From: a virus | Strand: one strand, 5' to 3' | Virus record (IMG/VR): IMGVR_UViG_3300031918_000730 | Span: 1-64,000 of that record | Length of the DNA: 64,000 nt | In this document: one piece after another, positions 11,062 through 19,902 of the stretch | Position numbering within the stretch: the first letter of the stretch is position 1 | Layout of the letters: every line of letters starts with the position of its first letter | The notes under the pieces: model-generated | The model's input: only the letters and a program-made list of their open reading frames with translations | What the model was told of the DNA's origin: nothing | Databases searched by the model: none | Translations under genes and position numbers: made by a program

Positions 11062-13473
11062 ATGTCGATAAAAGACTTTGTACTAGCTCTAAACGATTCA
11101 ATCGAGCTTAATGAAAATGTAGTGAAAGCTCTTACTGACATTGTATTGTCTAGTAAGAGTTCAACTACCATAGAAAACTCTCCCGTTGAACAGTCGGAAT
11201 ACTTCAACCAAATGGGAGTCTCTTACCTGTACGGTCGCGAACCAGTCGCATCTGACATGTTTGACGGTGCGGCAGGTAGCGATGCCAATCAAGTTCCTTA
11301 CCCAGTAATTGATGATTTTAATCTGGGAGAAACTCCAAATATACTAGGGGATCACCTAGAACAGAAGATCAAGACGCTAAGTTCAATCAATGACACTACC
11401 AGAATTGTACTAGGTACTCTAGCTGGAGTTGTCAGTGAATACGACGACATAATGATTAGGAACGAGTTGAGTGTCAAGGCTAAGACTTGGAAGACTTTCT
11501 CGATAGGGTCGTACTGGCCCGTTGGGTATGGATTGAGCGATAATGCAGACTATAACTCAACCATCAAAGAACAAACTACTTTAGTATACAACCAGAACTC
11601 TAAGTACGCATTCATAAAACTATCGCCAGCTAGAGATGTCAAGTATCATTACATTACAATAGACGTAGATGTGATCGCAGACTATGGAATACCTGCAATT
11701 TTTATCATACTCGATTCTTTTGAAGCTAGGGATGGCGATCAGTTCGAATTTAGGGTAGAATACATCACCTCGAATGAATACACTGACCAAAGTAAGTGGC
11801 CTGAAGTCATATTCTTCGACTCCTCATATAACTCGAATGGAATACCACTTCCTTCGATTTCTGCAACCTACGGAGACAATGAAGAGCAAGTAAACAATGC
11901 ACTGCAAATATCTGGAGTTGATTATTTCTATGTACAGGGTTCCACACTGCCAGTTGAAGCTAGGAACCTACATAGCATATTCGACGACGAAAGAGTTTTC
12001 GTGTCTGCGCAAGAACTCAACAATAGAATCACAAATCATGCAGGCAAGTATGATAAGTTGAGCTTTTCTGATCTTAAGCAGTCCAAGTATGTTGGATACG
12101 GTATACTTGCAGATAAGACACTTAAGACATACAAGAACACCGAAATCAGTATTACTGGAGAGGTTGCTGACTCATTAGACAATGAAGTAGCCAACCAGAA
12201 GTTTGCGAGAAAACGTACTGTGATCAGTAAGAATAGGGAAATAGAATTCAAGGGGCTAGTTGGAGCCTCATTGTTCTACGGAAGACCGTCTTCATTTTTC
12301 TCTCCCAAGAGCGCAAGTTCATATGCTCATGTAGTTGATTACGCAGATTCAATTGAAGGTATTGACGGTAACGTAGTAGACCAGTACTTGTTAGATTCGT
12401 TCGATGGGTATCTGATAGACGCAGATGCGAATGGTATTGTAATATCGTATGAACTAGAGCAATCTACTCTCAATGGTAATGTAATAGCAATTAGAATGGG
12501 ACATTTCGAGTCTTTACTTGGGTTCACCGTACAGTACAAAGACAGCAACCTAATTGTATCCCATGAGGGATTCTCAGGTGGGATTGCAATAGCAATAGCT
12601 CAGGAGTTGAACGTAAAGTGTAGTGTTGGTTTCATATCAATCAACACTAACCTATACGCTAGGTACATCGTCAAGTCAGATAGTGGAATACTTTACGATT
12701 CCAAGCTAATGCAAGTTTCTAGTGGACCTTTTGCTAATTCACTACTAGCATACAAGATACTAACGGACGTTGCGGTAAATTCAACAATCTCACAGTACTT
12801 AACTGAAGAGTCAATATACAAGTACTGGAAACCCACTATTAGTGTGATGGTAGATGGTAGATCTGCAACGGGCGAAACGTCTGTGAAAGTAAGTAACGTA
12901 CTAATCAGACACGGACTGTTTAAGGAAGAGTTCAACGCAAGATGTGATGAATTTGCAAGCACAGTCCCCTTTGTCGACACTACTCCACTATATTGGGACT
13001 ACTCAAGTGTGAGAGGGCCTTTCACTCCAATAATCAAGCGACCATCTGAGATAAAGGGTTTCTTGGCAAAGATAGCCGCAGGTAGTGCAAATACCTATTC
13101 AGTGTCCAAAGATCAGTCGTCACTGTTGACTTCGTATCGAGTGGGGTTCACATACAATGCATATAAGGGTGCGGTAGTGCATGATAGATATGTTCAATAT
13201 TCCCCTGTCGTATCTGAAGATAGTTCATTGAAGGCAGTTCGCGAGTCGAATGATATTGTGCAACTACCAACAGTCTCGACTTTAGCTAGTAAGACTGAAC
13301 TCGTCGCACCTTCAACTACAATAACCGAGGTCGATTCGGTTCCAGTTGTAGCTTCACTCGGTGAAATGGCATACAATCCAACGGTACTCGAAATATCTGC
13401 AACTGAACAAGTAGATAGCATATACGGTCATTTCGGCTGGAAAGTCACTACCTATTATCAGAGTATTGGGTAA
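11062..13473 (+). CDS. Tail-associated structural protein
   Basis: 803 aa ORF, late promoter, motif shared with the 10355 ORF. Confidence 0.45.
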   Translation: MSIKDFVLALNDSIELNENVVKALTDIVLSSKSSTTIENSPVEQSEYFNQMGVSYLYGREPVASDMFDGAAGSDANQVPYPVIDDFNLGETPNILGDHLEQKIKTLSSINDTTRIVLGTLAGVVSEYDDIMIRNELSVKAKTWKTFSIGSYWPVGYGLSDNADYNSTIKEQTTLVYNQNSKYAFIKLSPARDVKYHYITIDVDVIADYGIPAIFIILDSFEARDGDQFEFRVEYITSNEYTDQSKWPEVIFFDSSYNSNGIPLPSISATYGDNEEQVNNALQISGVDYFYVQGSTLPVEARNLHSIFDDERVFVSAQELNNRITNHAGKYDKLSFSDLKQSKYVGYGILADKTLKTYKNTEISITGEVADSLDNEVANQKFARKRTVISKNREIEFKGLVGASLFYGRPSSFFSPKSASSYAHVVDYADSIEGIDGNVVDQYLLDSFDGYLIDADANGIVISYELEQSTLNGNVIAIRMGHFESLLGFTVQYKDSNLIVSHEGFSGGIAIAIAQELNVKCSVGFISINTNLYARYIVKSDSGILYDSKLMQVSSGPFANSLLAYKILTDVAVNSTISQYLTEESIYKYWKPTISVMVDGRSATGETSVKVSNVLIRHGLFKEEFNARCDEFASTVPFVDTTPLYWDYSSVRGPFTPIIKRPSEIKGFLAKIAAGSANTYSVSKDQSSLLTSYRVGFTYNAYKGAVVHDRYVQYSPVVSEDSSLKAVRESNDIVQLPTVSTLASKTELVAPSTTITEVDSVPVVASLGEMAYNPTVLEISATEQVDSIYGHFGWKVTTYYQSIG

Positions 13474-13479
13474 TAAATA
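13474..13479 (+). promoter_or_regulatory. Late promoter, leaderless spacing
   Basis: 5 nt to ATG 13485. Confidence 0.7.
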
Positions 13480-13484
13480 TCTAA

Positions 13485-14105
13485 ATGGATAAGTTAAAGA
13501 AGCCGAGAGGTCCACATCTAGAGACAGTTCTGAATAGACTCGTTCAGGGTTGCTCTAAGATGGTATTTGGACCTCTTCCGGTATATTTGGACAATGAAGA
13601 CACACTTAATAATCAATCATTAGAATACAACATCTCGTCATTCCTATGGGCTGGAGCCACTGCAGGATTCTCTAAGAGTAAATTCTTCGGCTTTGAAAAC
13701 CATGTACCTAACTCCCAAGTCAACGAAAATCAGGAGTTTACTGTAGAGTTTAACGTAGACGAATTTCTAAACAACTATGCATTGTTCAGGGCATGGGTTG
13801 ACCTATATAGGAGCACTGAGGGTAGATTAGATGGCAATAGCCAGATCCCAGGAGAAGATAATATATGGGACGCTCAGCGTGCATGGTGTGACTATGTCGA
13901 CGTGTGGGTTGTGAATAACATGAACTGGCCTACTGCCATCATACGATATGAACAGGTTTTTTGCACCGGAGTAGGTGCGATCACCATGAATTTCAATAGC
14001 GCCGATGAACTAAAATCAACAGCTACATTCGTATACAATAGAGCTAGAATAATAAGGAATCCGAAAGATGTACAGGACATTGTCATGAAAACCATGCTAA
14101 CCTGA
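13485..14105 (+). CDS. gp3: Tail tube terminator/completion protein (T4 gp3-like)
   Basis: FTVEFNVDEFLNNYALFRAW...IIRYEQVFCTGVGAITMN...STATFVY fits the gp3/gp19 tube-fold pattern. Confidence 0.65.
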   Translation: MDKLKKPRGPHLETVLNRLVQGCSKMVFGPLPVYLDNEDTLNNQSLEYNISSFLWAGATAGFSKSKFFGFENHVPNSQVNENQEFTVEFNVDEFLNNYALFRAWVDLYRSTEGRLDGNSQIPGEDNIWDAQRAWCDYVDVWVVNNMNWPTAIIRYEQVFCTGVGAITMNFNSADELKSTATFVYNRARIIRNPKDVQDIVMKTMLT

Positions 14106-14135
14106 TACATTTTACAACCATGAGAAAAAGATCAC

Positions 14136-14141
14136 TAAATA
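14136..14141 (+). promoter_or_regulatory. Late promoter (leadered, SD AAGGAG)
   Basis: ACTAAATA. Confidence 0.7.
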
Positions 14142-14163
14142 AAGAACAAGGAGTAAACCGAAT

Positions 14164-15618
14164 ATGAGTTTCATGAATAGACTAAAAGGGGAACAGGATA
14201 TTATTGCTCTCTGCGAGGCATTCGCAGTAGACCAAAATTCTTCGTACCAAAAGACCAACGAGGCAATTGAAGCCGACGAGCAGAAGAACGAGGGCGATGA
14301 CGCTTTCAATCCTGACGATCTTTTCAATACTGTTGATATTCCAGAGGATGCACCTGCACAAAGCGGTCCATCTTTTTCTGCGGACGAAATTGAATTGACT
14401 ACTCTACAGAAGGAAGAAATTAAGAAGGCTCTTAGTGGAGTCCTCGATGAAGTACAGGACAAGGAATCCATTTCCGATCCAGCACTTGAAATGATTGTCA
14501 ATGAAGTTGCCAATAGAACTTCTTACCTCAGCGAAGCTGAAGAGGCTAATCTGAATGGACCTGTCGAAAAGGACAGATATAGAGTTGGACTGATTGAGGC
14601 GATCAAGTTGTTCATTAATGAACTACTCGGAATTGCAGTTGATAACGGTGGAGAACTACCTGCCGACGTTGACAATCTAGGTACCGAAGGTGCTGGCGAA
14701 GCTGGCGAGGGTGCTCTAGGCGGTGAAGCTGGTGAAGGTACTGGCGAAGCTGGAGAAGCTGGCGAAGGCGCTGGAGAGTCCGGTGAGGGTGCTGGCGGAG
14801 AAGCTGGTGAGCCTTCCGAGGAAGAGAAGAAGGAAGCTGGCGCTTTGCAGGAAAGCACTGACGCCGGAGATGGAACTGACGCTAGTGCGGTTGAGCCTGA
14901 ATCCGCAGTACAGGAAAGCGCCTGCCTCGGAAACGAAGGCGTTGTTGACGTAGACCCTTCTGAAGTAGTCCGTGTAGTAGACGACAATGATCCCGGAGTA
15001 TCCGCATTAACTGAGCCATTGGCTGGCGGACTCGAAGCTGGACTTGAAGGTGGAGAGCTAGAAGGTGGAATTGCTGGCGCTTTGGGTGCTCCTGAGGGTG
15101 GCATCGGAGAAGATGGAGGAGTTTCTGATGACACCCCTCTGACTGTCGGCGTATTGAAGCAGATCGTTGGACAGTTCCTATCCGAAGGTACTGAGGGTGA
15201 GAAGTCCTTTGCTGAACTATGGAAGAACCTTGCAGGTAATGCAATTGTACTCCCTAAGCCTTCCACTAAGGGTGACCAGAAGACTGCCGATCCTAAGGGT
15301 AAGGCACCAGACGGAACTTCATATTCTGCACCTACTAACGAAGCTGGTAATGAAAGTTCACTACCTAAGCCTTCCAATAAGGGCGACCAGAAGACTGCAG
15401 ATCCTAAGGGAAAGGCACCTGAGGGAACTCAGTACACTAATCCATCGACTAAGCCTGCTGGTTCGGCACCTGCCGCAACTAAGCCTGCAATTTCCAAGGA
15501 AGAGGCCGCTAATCTAGTTGCAGCTACTCTTAACGAGAGCAACAGCAAGAAGACCCTCGCATTCCTACAGGAAGCGGCTAGTGCAATGAAGAATGCGAAA
15601 GCATCCTTGAATTCGTAA
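14164..15618 (+). CDS. Acidic low-complexity prohead core/internal head protein
   Basis: GEAGEG repeats; multiple hydrophobic-X-E-S/A motifs (LQES, VQES, LNES, LQEA); late promoter, strong SD, own terminator. Confidence 0.5.
   Translation: MSFMNRLKGEQDIIALCEAFAVDQNSSYQKTNEAIEADEQKNEGDDAFNPDDLFNTVDIPEDAPAQSGPSFSADEIELTTLQKEEIKKALSGVLDEVQDKESISDPALEMIVNEVANRTSYLSEAEEANLNGPVEKDRYRVGLIEAIKLFINELLGIAVDNGGELPADVDNLGTEGAGEAGEGALGGEAGEGTGEAGEAGEGAGESGEGAGGEAGEPSEEEKKEAGALQESTDAGDGTDASAVEPESAVQESACLGNEGVVDVDPSEVVRVVDDNDPGVSALTEPLAGGLEAGLEGGELEGGIAGALGAPEGGIGEDGGVSDDTPLTVGVLKQIVGQFLSEGTEGEKSFAELWKNLAGNAIVLPKPSTKGDQKTADPKGKAPDGTSYSAPTNEAGNESSLPKPSNKGDQKTADPKGKAPEGTQYTNPSTKPAGSAPAATKPAISKEEAANLVAATLNESNSKKTLAFLQEAASAMKNAKASLNS
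15250..15429 (+). repeat. Two-copy ~69 bp coding direct repeat, 111 bp period (LPKPSxKGDQKTADPKGKAPxGT)
   Basis: 15250-15318 vs 15361-15429; differences mostly synonymous. Confidence 0.9.
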
Positions 15619-15642
15619 GTCGAAACGTATAACTCCTTAAAG

Positions 15643-15670
15643 ACCCTGCCGAAAGGCGGGGTTTTTTATT
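15643..15670 (+). terminator. Rho-independent terminator
   Basis: ACCCTGCC-GAAA-GGCGGGGT then T-tract. Confidence 0.85.
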
Positions 15671-15673
15671 TCA

Positions 15674-15679
15674 TAAATA
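15674..15679 (+). promoter_or_regulatory. Late promoter, leaderless spacing
   Basis: 6 nt to ATG 15686; directly after a terminator. Confidence 0.75.
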
Positions 15680-15685
15680 ATCTGC

Positions 15686-16222
15686 ATGAACAATCCTCTA
15701 TACCCAGTATTCCACGAAAAGAACTTGAGTGAGTTCGCACGCCTATTAGCTGAAGCTGAAGATATGGACGCACCTATCGAAGAGGATGCTCCCGTCGAAG
15801 ATAAGTCACCCGCCCAGATGCAGGAAGATGACATATTCTCAAAGGTTAAGCAAGAGAATGAAAGCGACGTTGACACTAATGCGTATTCGTTCCTAGGTAG
15901 ACAGGACGACGGATCTCTAGGTGGAATAAACAATATCACCAACGATAAAGATCCAGCCATCAATTCACTGTGCAATGTAATCAAGGGAAATATCCTATCT
16001 AACTCAGACGACTCAATTGGATATGTCACTGCACTATTCGACTCCGTCGGAGCCAATGATATTCCACCTGAAGATTTCGAAAAGATCAAGGGATCTATCT
16101 GGAAGAAGCTAGAAGAGATCGACTCACTAGAGGCTATGGACGCATATAGTACTTTCCAGAAATTCATAGTTGGACTCATCAACGGACTAAGGGATACTAG
16201 AGACTTAAATGGAGCTTCTTAA
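15686..16222 (+). CDS. Acidic hypothetical protein, probably head-internal
   Basis: Late promoter; LSE and LAEA motifs. Confidence 0.5.
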   Translation: MNNPLYPVFHEKNLSEFARLLAEAEDMDAPIEEDAPVEDKSPAQMQEDDIFSKVKQENESDVDTNAYSFLGRQDDGSLGGINNITNDKDPAINSLCNVIKGNILSNSDDSIGYVTALFDSVGANDIPPEDFEKIKGSIWKKLEEIDSLEAMDAYSTFQKFIVGLINGLRDTRDLNGAS

Positions 16223-17951
16223 TAGTTCAGGGAATATTGTAGATAACGCTACTGAGATAATAGACTCCCATTTCAATTATGAGGAGGTTAATTATCCAAT
16301 TCAGCCAATCACCAACTTCCCTTGTTCTCCAAGTACATTACACACTAAGATATACAATTCAATAGGCGAAATTCAGAGGGCCAACGGTGCCGACATTGCT
16401 GATTTAGCGAACTATACCCCTAAGATATACGGTACACTATCCCGTAAAATAGCCAAACTATCGCCTGAATTCATACCGTTCGCAGAATGCATAGTTGCAT
16501 TTATTGACCAGTGGTGTACCAATGGAGGTGCTAAGGATGGTCGAAAATATGGATATGAGATATGCTCTACTGCTAGGTCGTGGTTCGTACAGCAGAACAT
16601 AATAACGGGAACGCAATATAGAGAGAACGGACTTAGCTGGAGTCTATATGGTAAGGCACTGTCAATTAACGTGTATTACCTAGAAGAGGATCAGTTAAGT
16701 GAATCCAATGGCTCTACTACATATGTCAAGAAGACTATAAACCTAGCAGATAATTCAGCTAAGACCTTCATTGAAAATGCGCAGGTATGGTTTAGCGCAC
16801 ATAAGACTCGTACAGGTAAGAACATTAAGGTGTACGGAGTATACCCTGACCTCAAGACTGCGATAAGAAAAGGCAAGTATACCCTACAGTCTGAATACCT
16901 AGACAGTGATGACACTGTGTTTTGGGCTGGATTGTTCTCAACATATTCTAACTTCACTTCATGGGAATATCATCCGGGTCAGATGCCTAATGAAGTATGG
17001 AAGCTAAGACAGAACTTCCTGAACACTTCGTTCGTGAGTGACGGAAACCAGAACATTGCTGATCGAATAGAGAACAATGAGGCAATTACATTTGAAGAAG
17101 CTGACAAGCTACAAACAACAGATGTACTTTCTTCAATTGCTTCGTATGTAGGGTTCACTAATAACGTACAACTAGTCAAATATTTAAGTACCATATTAGA
17201 GATTATGGAGGAGGATTTCATATCTCTATACAACCTGAAGATCAATATCAACACTTCATCAAAATACACAGTTGAGTCTCTATTCAAGTGGAGTAAGGCT
17301 AATCCATATTCACTCGCACAGGTGTTGACTAATTACAGGTTATCTGCTGACGTTGATAGTTCTGTATTGTTCTACCTCATATCTAGAGAACCAGACAATG
17401 ATATTGCATATGACGATAATGGAGATCCATATCTATTACAATCATCTGCATTTAAGATCGAAGGTAGCGAAGACAGTGAATACTATCTCACTTGCACCGA
17501 CATGTTCGGAGACACGCTGAGATTCGCATTCAAGAATACATACAAACTACCATGTGACTATATGCCAGATTCTGGAGACTTCGACCTAATAGATCTAAGT
17601 CTAGGTGAATCAGATCCAGAAGACACTCCGGGTAATCCAATGGACGGGGCTGAAGGCGCTGGTTCAGAAATAAGTAATACGTCGGCCATACTCACAAGTA
17701 ACGCAAACGGAATTAACGAATTCGGACCAATCGCATCTATTGAAGTTGACTCTAGGAAATTACTATACAATTCGGATAGCCTAGCTGACTCCATATTCAG
17801 AAATAAGAACTACAATGAGATGATAACTCCACCAAATCAGCTAGACCCTTCGAAGGCTAAAGCCATTGTCGACGTGACATTGCTTGGTAAGAGATTCGTC
17901 GCAGGGTTGACTTCAAAAGTAAATGAGATGATTCAGCCTGACAAGGCATAA
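16209..17951 (+). CDS. Virion protein with degenerate peptidase M15-like domain
   Basis: KLSPEF...ICSTARSWFVQQ...GLSWSLYGKALSI echoes the M15 pattern SGYRS..EQ...S.H.YG.A.D but lacks the H and D ligands. Confidence 0.4.
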   Translation: MELLNSSGNIVDNATEIIDSHFNYEEVNYPIQPITNFPCSPSTLHTKIYNSIGEIQRANGADIADLANYTPKIYGTLSRKIAKLSPEFIPFAECIVAFIDQWCTNGGAKDGRKYGYEICSTARSWFVQQNIITGTQYRENGLSWSLYGKALSINVYYLEEDQLSESNGSTTYVKKTINLADNSAKTFIENAQVWFSAHKTRTGKNIKVYGVYPDLKTAIRKGKYTLQSEYLDSDDTVFWAGLFSTYSNFTSWEYHPGQMPNEVWKLRQNFLNTSFVSDGNQNIADRIENNEAITFEEADKLQTTDVLSSIASYVGFTNNVQLVKYLSTILEIMEEDFISLYNLKININTSSKYTVESLFKWSKANPYSLAQVLTNYRLSADVDSSVLFYLISREPDNDIAYDDNGDPYLLQSSAFKIEGSEDSEYYLTCTDMFGDTLRFAFKNTYKLPCDYMPDSGDFDLIDLSLGESDPEDTPGNPMDGAEGAGSEISNTSAILTSNANGINEFGPIASIEVDSRKLLYNSDSLADSIFRNKNYNEMITPPNQLDPSKAKAIVDVTLLGKRFVAGLTSKVNEMIQPDKA

Positions 17952-17954
17952 ATA
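17949..17954 (+). promoter_or_regulatory. Late promoter, leaderless spacing
   Basis: 5 nt to ATG 17960. Confidence 0.7.
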
Positions 17955-17959
17955 TTTGA

Positions 17960-19093
17960 ATGCGAATTTGGTTCAAAAATACTCTCCACGAGAATGAAGA
18001 AGAGGGTCAGGCACCTGATGACCTATATGACACCACAGGTGACACCTCAGATGAAGTGGAGAACTTTGAACAGTTAATCACCAAGAAGGTAGATCCGGGT
18101 ATCGCAGTTAAGCGAATAAACCTAAGTGATCGACTGTACGCCAATATAATAGACTTCATAAAGTACAACATCGGTGAAGTTGAGCAATTAGGTGTAATCA
18201 AGGAACATCAACAGAGGATTCATGACCTGTTTGATGAATTGGCTAGGGAAGTATCTAGTGAGTACAATGCTCATAAGGGTAAAGAAAAAGAGAAGGTGAA
18301 TGTTAGAGAAGACTCGACATTGAGAAAGATCAACTCAATGTATAGGTTCTTTGCATACTACATCATCAAATACGATAAGAACATTGTCGAATGGATGGAA
18401 AGTCTAGTTAGAGTTGGCCTATTCAATGACAAGTCAAAGATTAAGACTATTGATCATTCATATAGCAACATAGATCTTAAGCTGATCTTTCAGCTAGAAC
18501 CATACGAACTAGTGCCGCAGAGCTTTTACATTCTCCATCGAGATAGCGTTTTCAACAAGCCGTTGGAAGATTTCTTCCAAGACTCTGGCGATCTAGTTGA
18601 GCGCCTAGCTAGAGGTCCGGGTCTATTCAATGACCTATCCGCAATGATGACTGCATTTAGATCTGGAATCCCTGCCGAATACTTCGTTAAGACTGAAGAC
18701 GGCAAGAAGGTCAAGAAAAGAGTGATGGTTCCCGTAGGAAACACTACCGAAGCTAAGCAGATAATGGAATCCATGCTTGCTATTGAGGCGGCAGTTAATA
18801 GCGTAATTAGTGTAAATGCTATACGCGAGAAGTATATTAACGACTACAAAAACAACTTGACTAGAATGAATATGACACAAGAGCAAATCGCAAATAAGAT
18901 GAAAATCATGCGAGACTCTATCGCAGGTGGAAAGATTAATACTGTAGAGGATTTCAATAAACTCCAATCAGAATATAAGAAACTAGCCTCGACTGATAAG
19001 GAAAAGGATGAATTGGGTAAGCGTACAGCCAGAATGGCAACCGCATACAAGTATAAAATCGAGGCTGTACTAAATAATCGAAGAGGTTCCTAA
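17960..19093 (+). CDS. Hypothetical late protein
   Basis: 377 aa ORF, late promoter, N-terminal LHEN followed by an acidic stretch. Confidence 0.55.
   Translation: MRIWFKNTLHENEEEGQAPDDLYDTTGDTSDEVENFEQLITKKVDPGIAVKRINLSDRLYANIIDFIKYNIGEVEQLGVIKEHQQRIHDLFDELAREVSSEYNAHKGKEKEKVNVREDSTLRKINSMYRFFAYYIIKYDKNIVEWMESLVRVGLFNDKSKIKTIDHSYSNIDLKLIFQLEPYELVPQSFYILHRDSVFNKPLEDFFQDSGDLVERLARGPGLFNDLSAMMTAFRSGIPAEYFVKTEDGKKVKKRVMVPVGNTTEAKQIMESMLAIEAAVNSVISVNAIREKYINDYKNNLTRMNMTQEQIANKMKIMRDSIAGGKINTVEDFNKLQSEYKKLASTDKEKDELGKRTARMATAYKYKIEAVLNNRRGS
19071..19076 (+). promoter_or_regulatory. Late promoter (leadered)
   Basis: ACTAAATA upstream of 19095. Confidence 0.6.
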
Positions 19094-19094
19094 C

Positions 19095-19883
19095 ATGGCT
19101 GAATGGATGAATAGTAATTTGAAGATAAGCGACGGTCTAGACGCTGATGTTGTAGGAGGTAGCAATACTCCTAAACTTCAGAGAGAGCTTATCAACGTGA
19201 ACAGAGAATACCTGTTCGCATTAACCGATGGATATATCAAGGCTATTGACGCCATGATCGAATACCTTAACAGTGTCGAGATCGACAAGGGAGTATACAG
19301 CAAGATTATGCTAGTGCTCACTTCGCTCATACTAGACGAATCTGACATCGAATACCTGAAGGACACTAAGGCAACTGGTGAAGTTGGACGTGCGATACCT
19401 TCAATGTCTGAAATCCAGTATCTAAATGACATCCCACTTGAGTTCGACATCATTCAGGCAGTGTACTTGTACATGCTAAGAATTGCGAGAGAAGCTGGAT
19501 TCTACTCACAGAATGGAATCTTCGGAAACCTAGACGTGTCTGGGGTCATGTTCAATAATGCAAGAAATATCAGCGATGTGTATAAGACATATGTGGTTGG
19601 CATTGACGGCGAAGTTGAGGATACTCCATCTAAGAAACTAGCCCAGCAGATCAGCGAACTATGTAGGGCGAACAATATTGTACGTCAGAGACTATTGAAA
19701 CTCGCAAATGGCGGCAAGAAGCCTAGTAAGAAGGAAGAGTTCTTCATTAGACGTAACTATAAATTCGACACAGTCTCTGGTTCATTCCAGAAGAGGAACA
19801 AGCCGATCAGTACCGTAGTATTCGCACTCCTAGCAAATAAGAGCGACGCAGTATATGCAGATCTAAAGAATCTGTTAAAATAA
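19095..19883 (+). CDS. Hypothetical late protein
   Basis: 262 aa ORF, ACTAAATA plus SD GAGG. Confidence 0.55.
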   Translation: MAEWMNSNLKISDGLDADVVGGSNTPKLQRELINVNREYLFALTDGYIKAIDAMIEYLNSVEIDKGVYSKIMLVLTSLILDESDIEYLKDTKATGEVGRAIPSMSEIQYLNDIPLEFDIIQAVYLYMLRIAREAGFYSQNGIFGNLDVSGVMFNNARNISDVYKTYVVGIDGEVEDTPSKKLAQQISELCRANNIVRQRLLKLANGGKKPSKKEEFFIRRNYKFDTVSGSFQKRNKPISTVVFALLANKSDAVYADLKNLLK

Positions 19884-19902
19884 GAATAAAGGATAATACA
19901 TA

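Noticed and set aside
14523-15377. 284-aa Ser/Pro-rich antisense ORF
   Set aside because: Shadow of the GEAG low-complexity coding strand; no promoter or SD
14680-15430. Repeats as a CRISPR array or DGR template/variable pair
   Set aside because: In-frame coding repeats with mostly synonymous differences; no spacers, no A-specific variation, no reverse transcriptase
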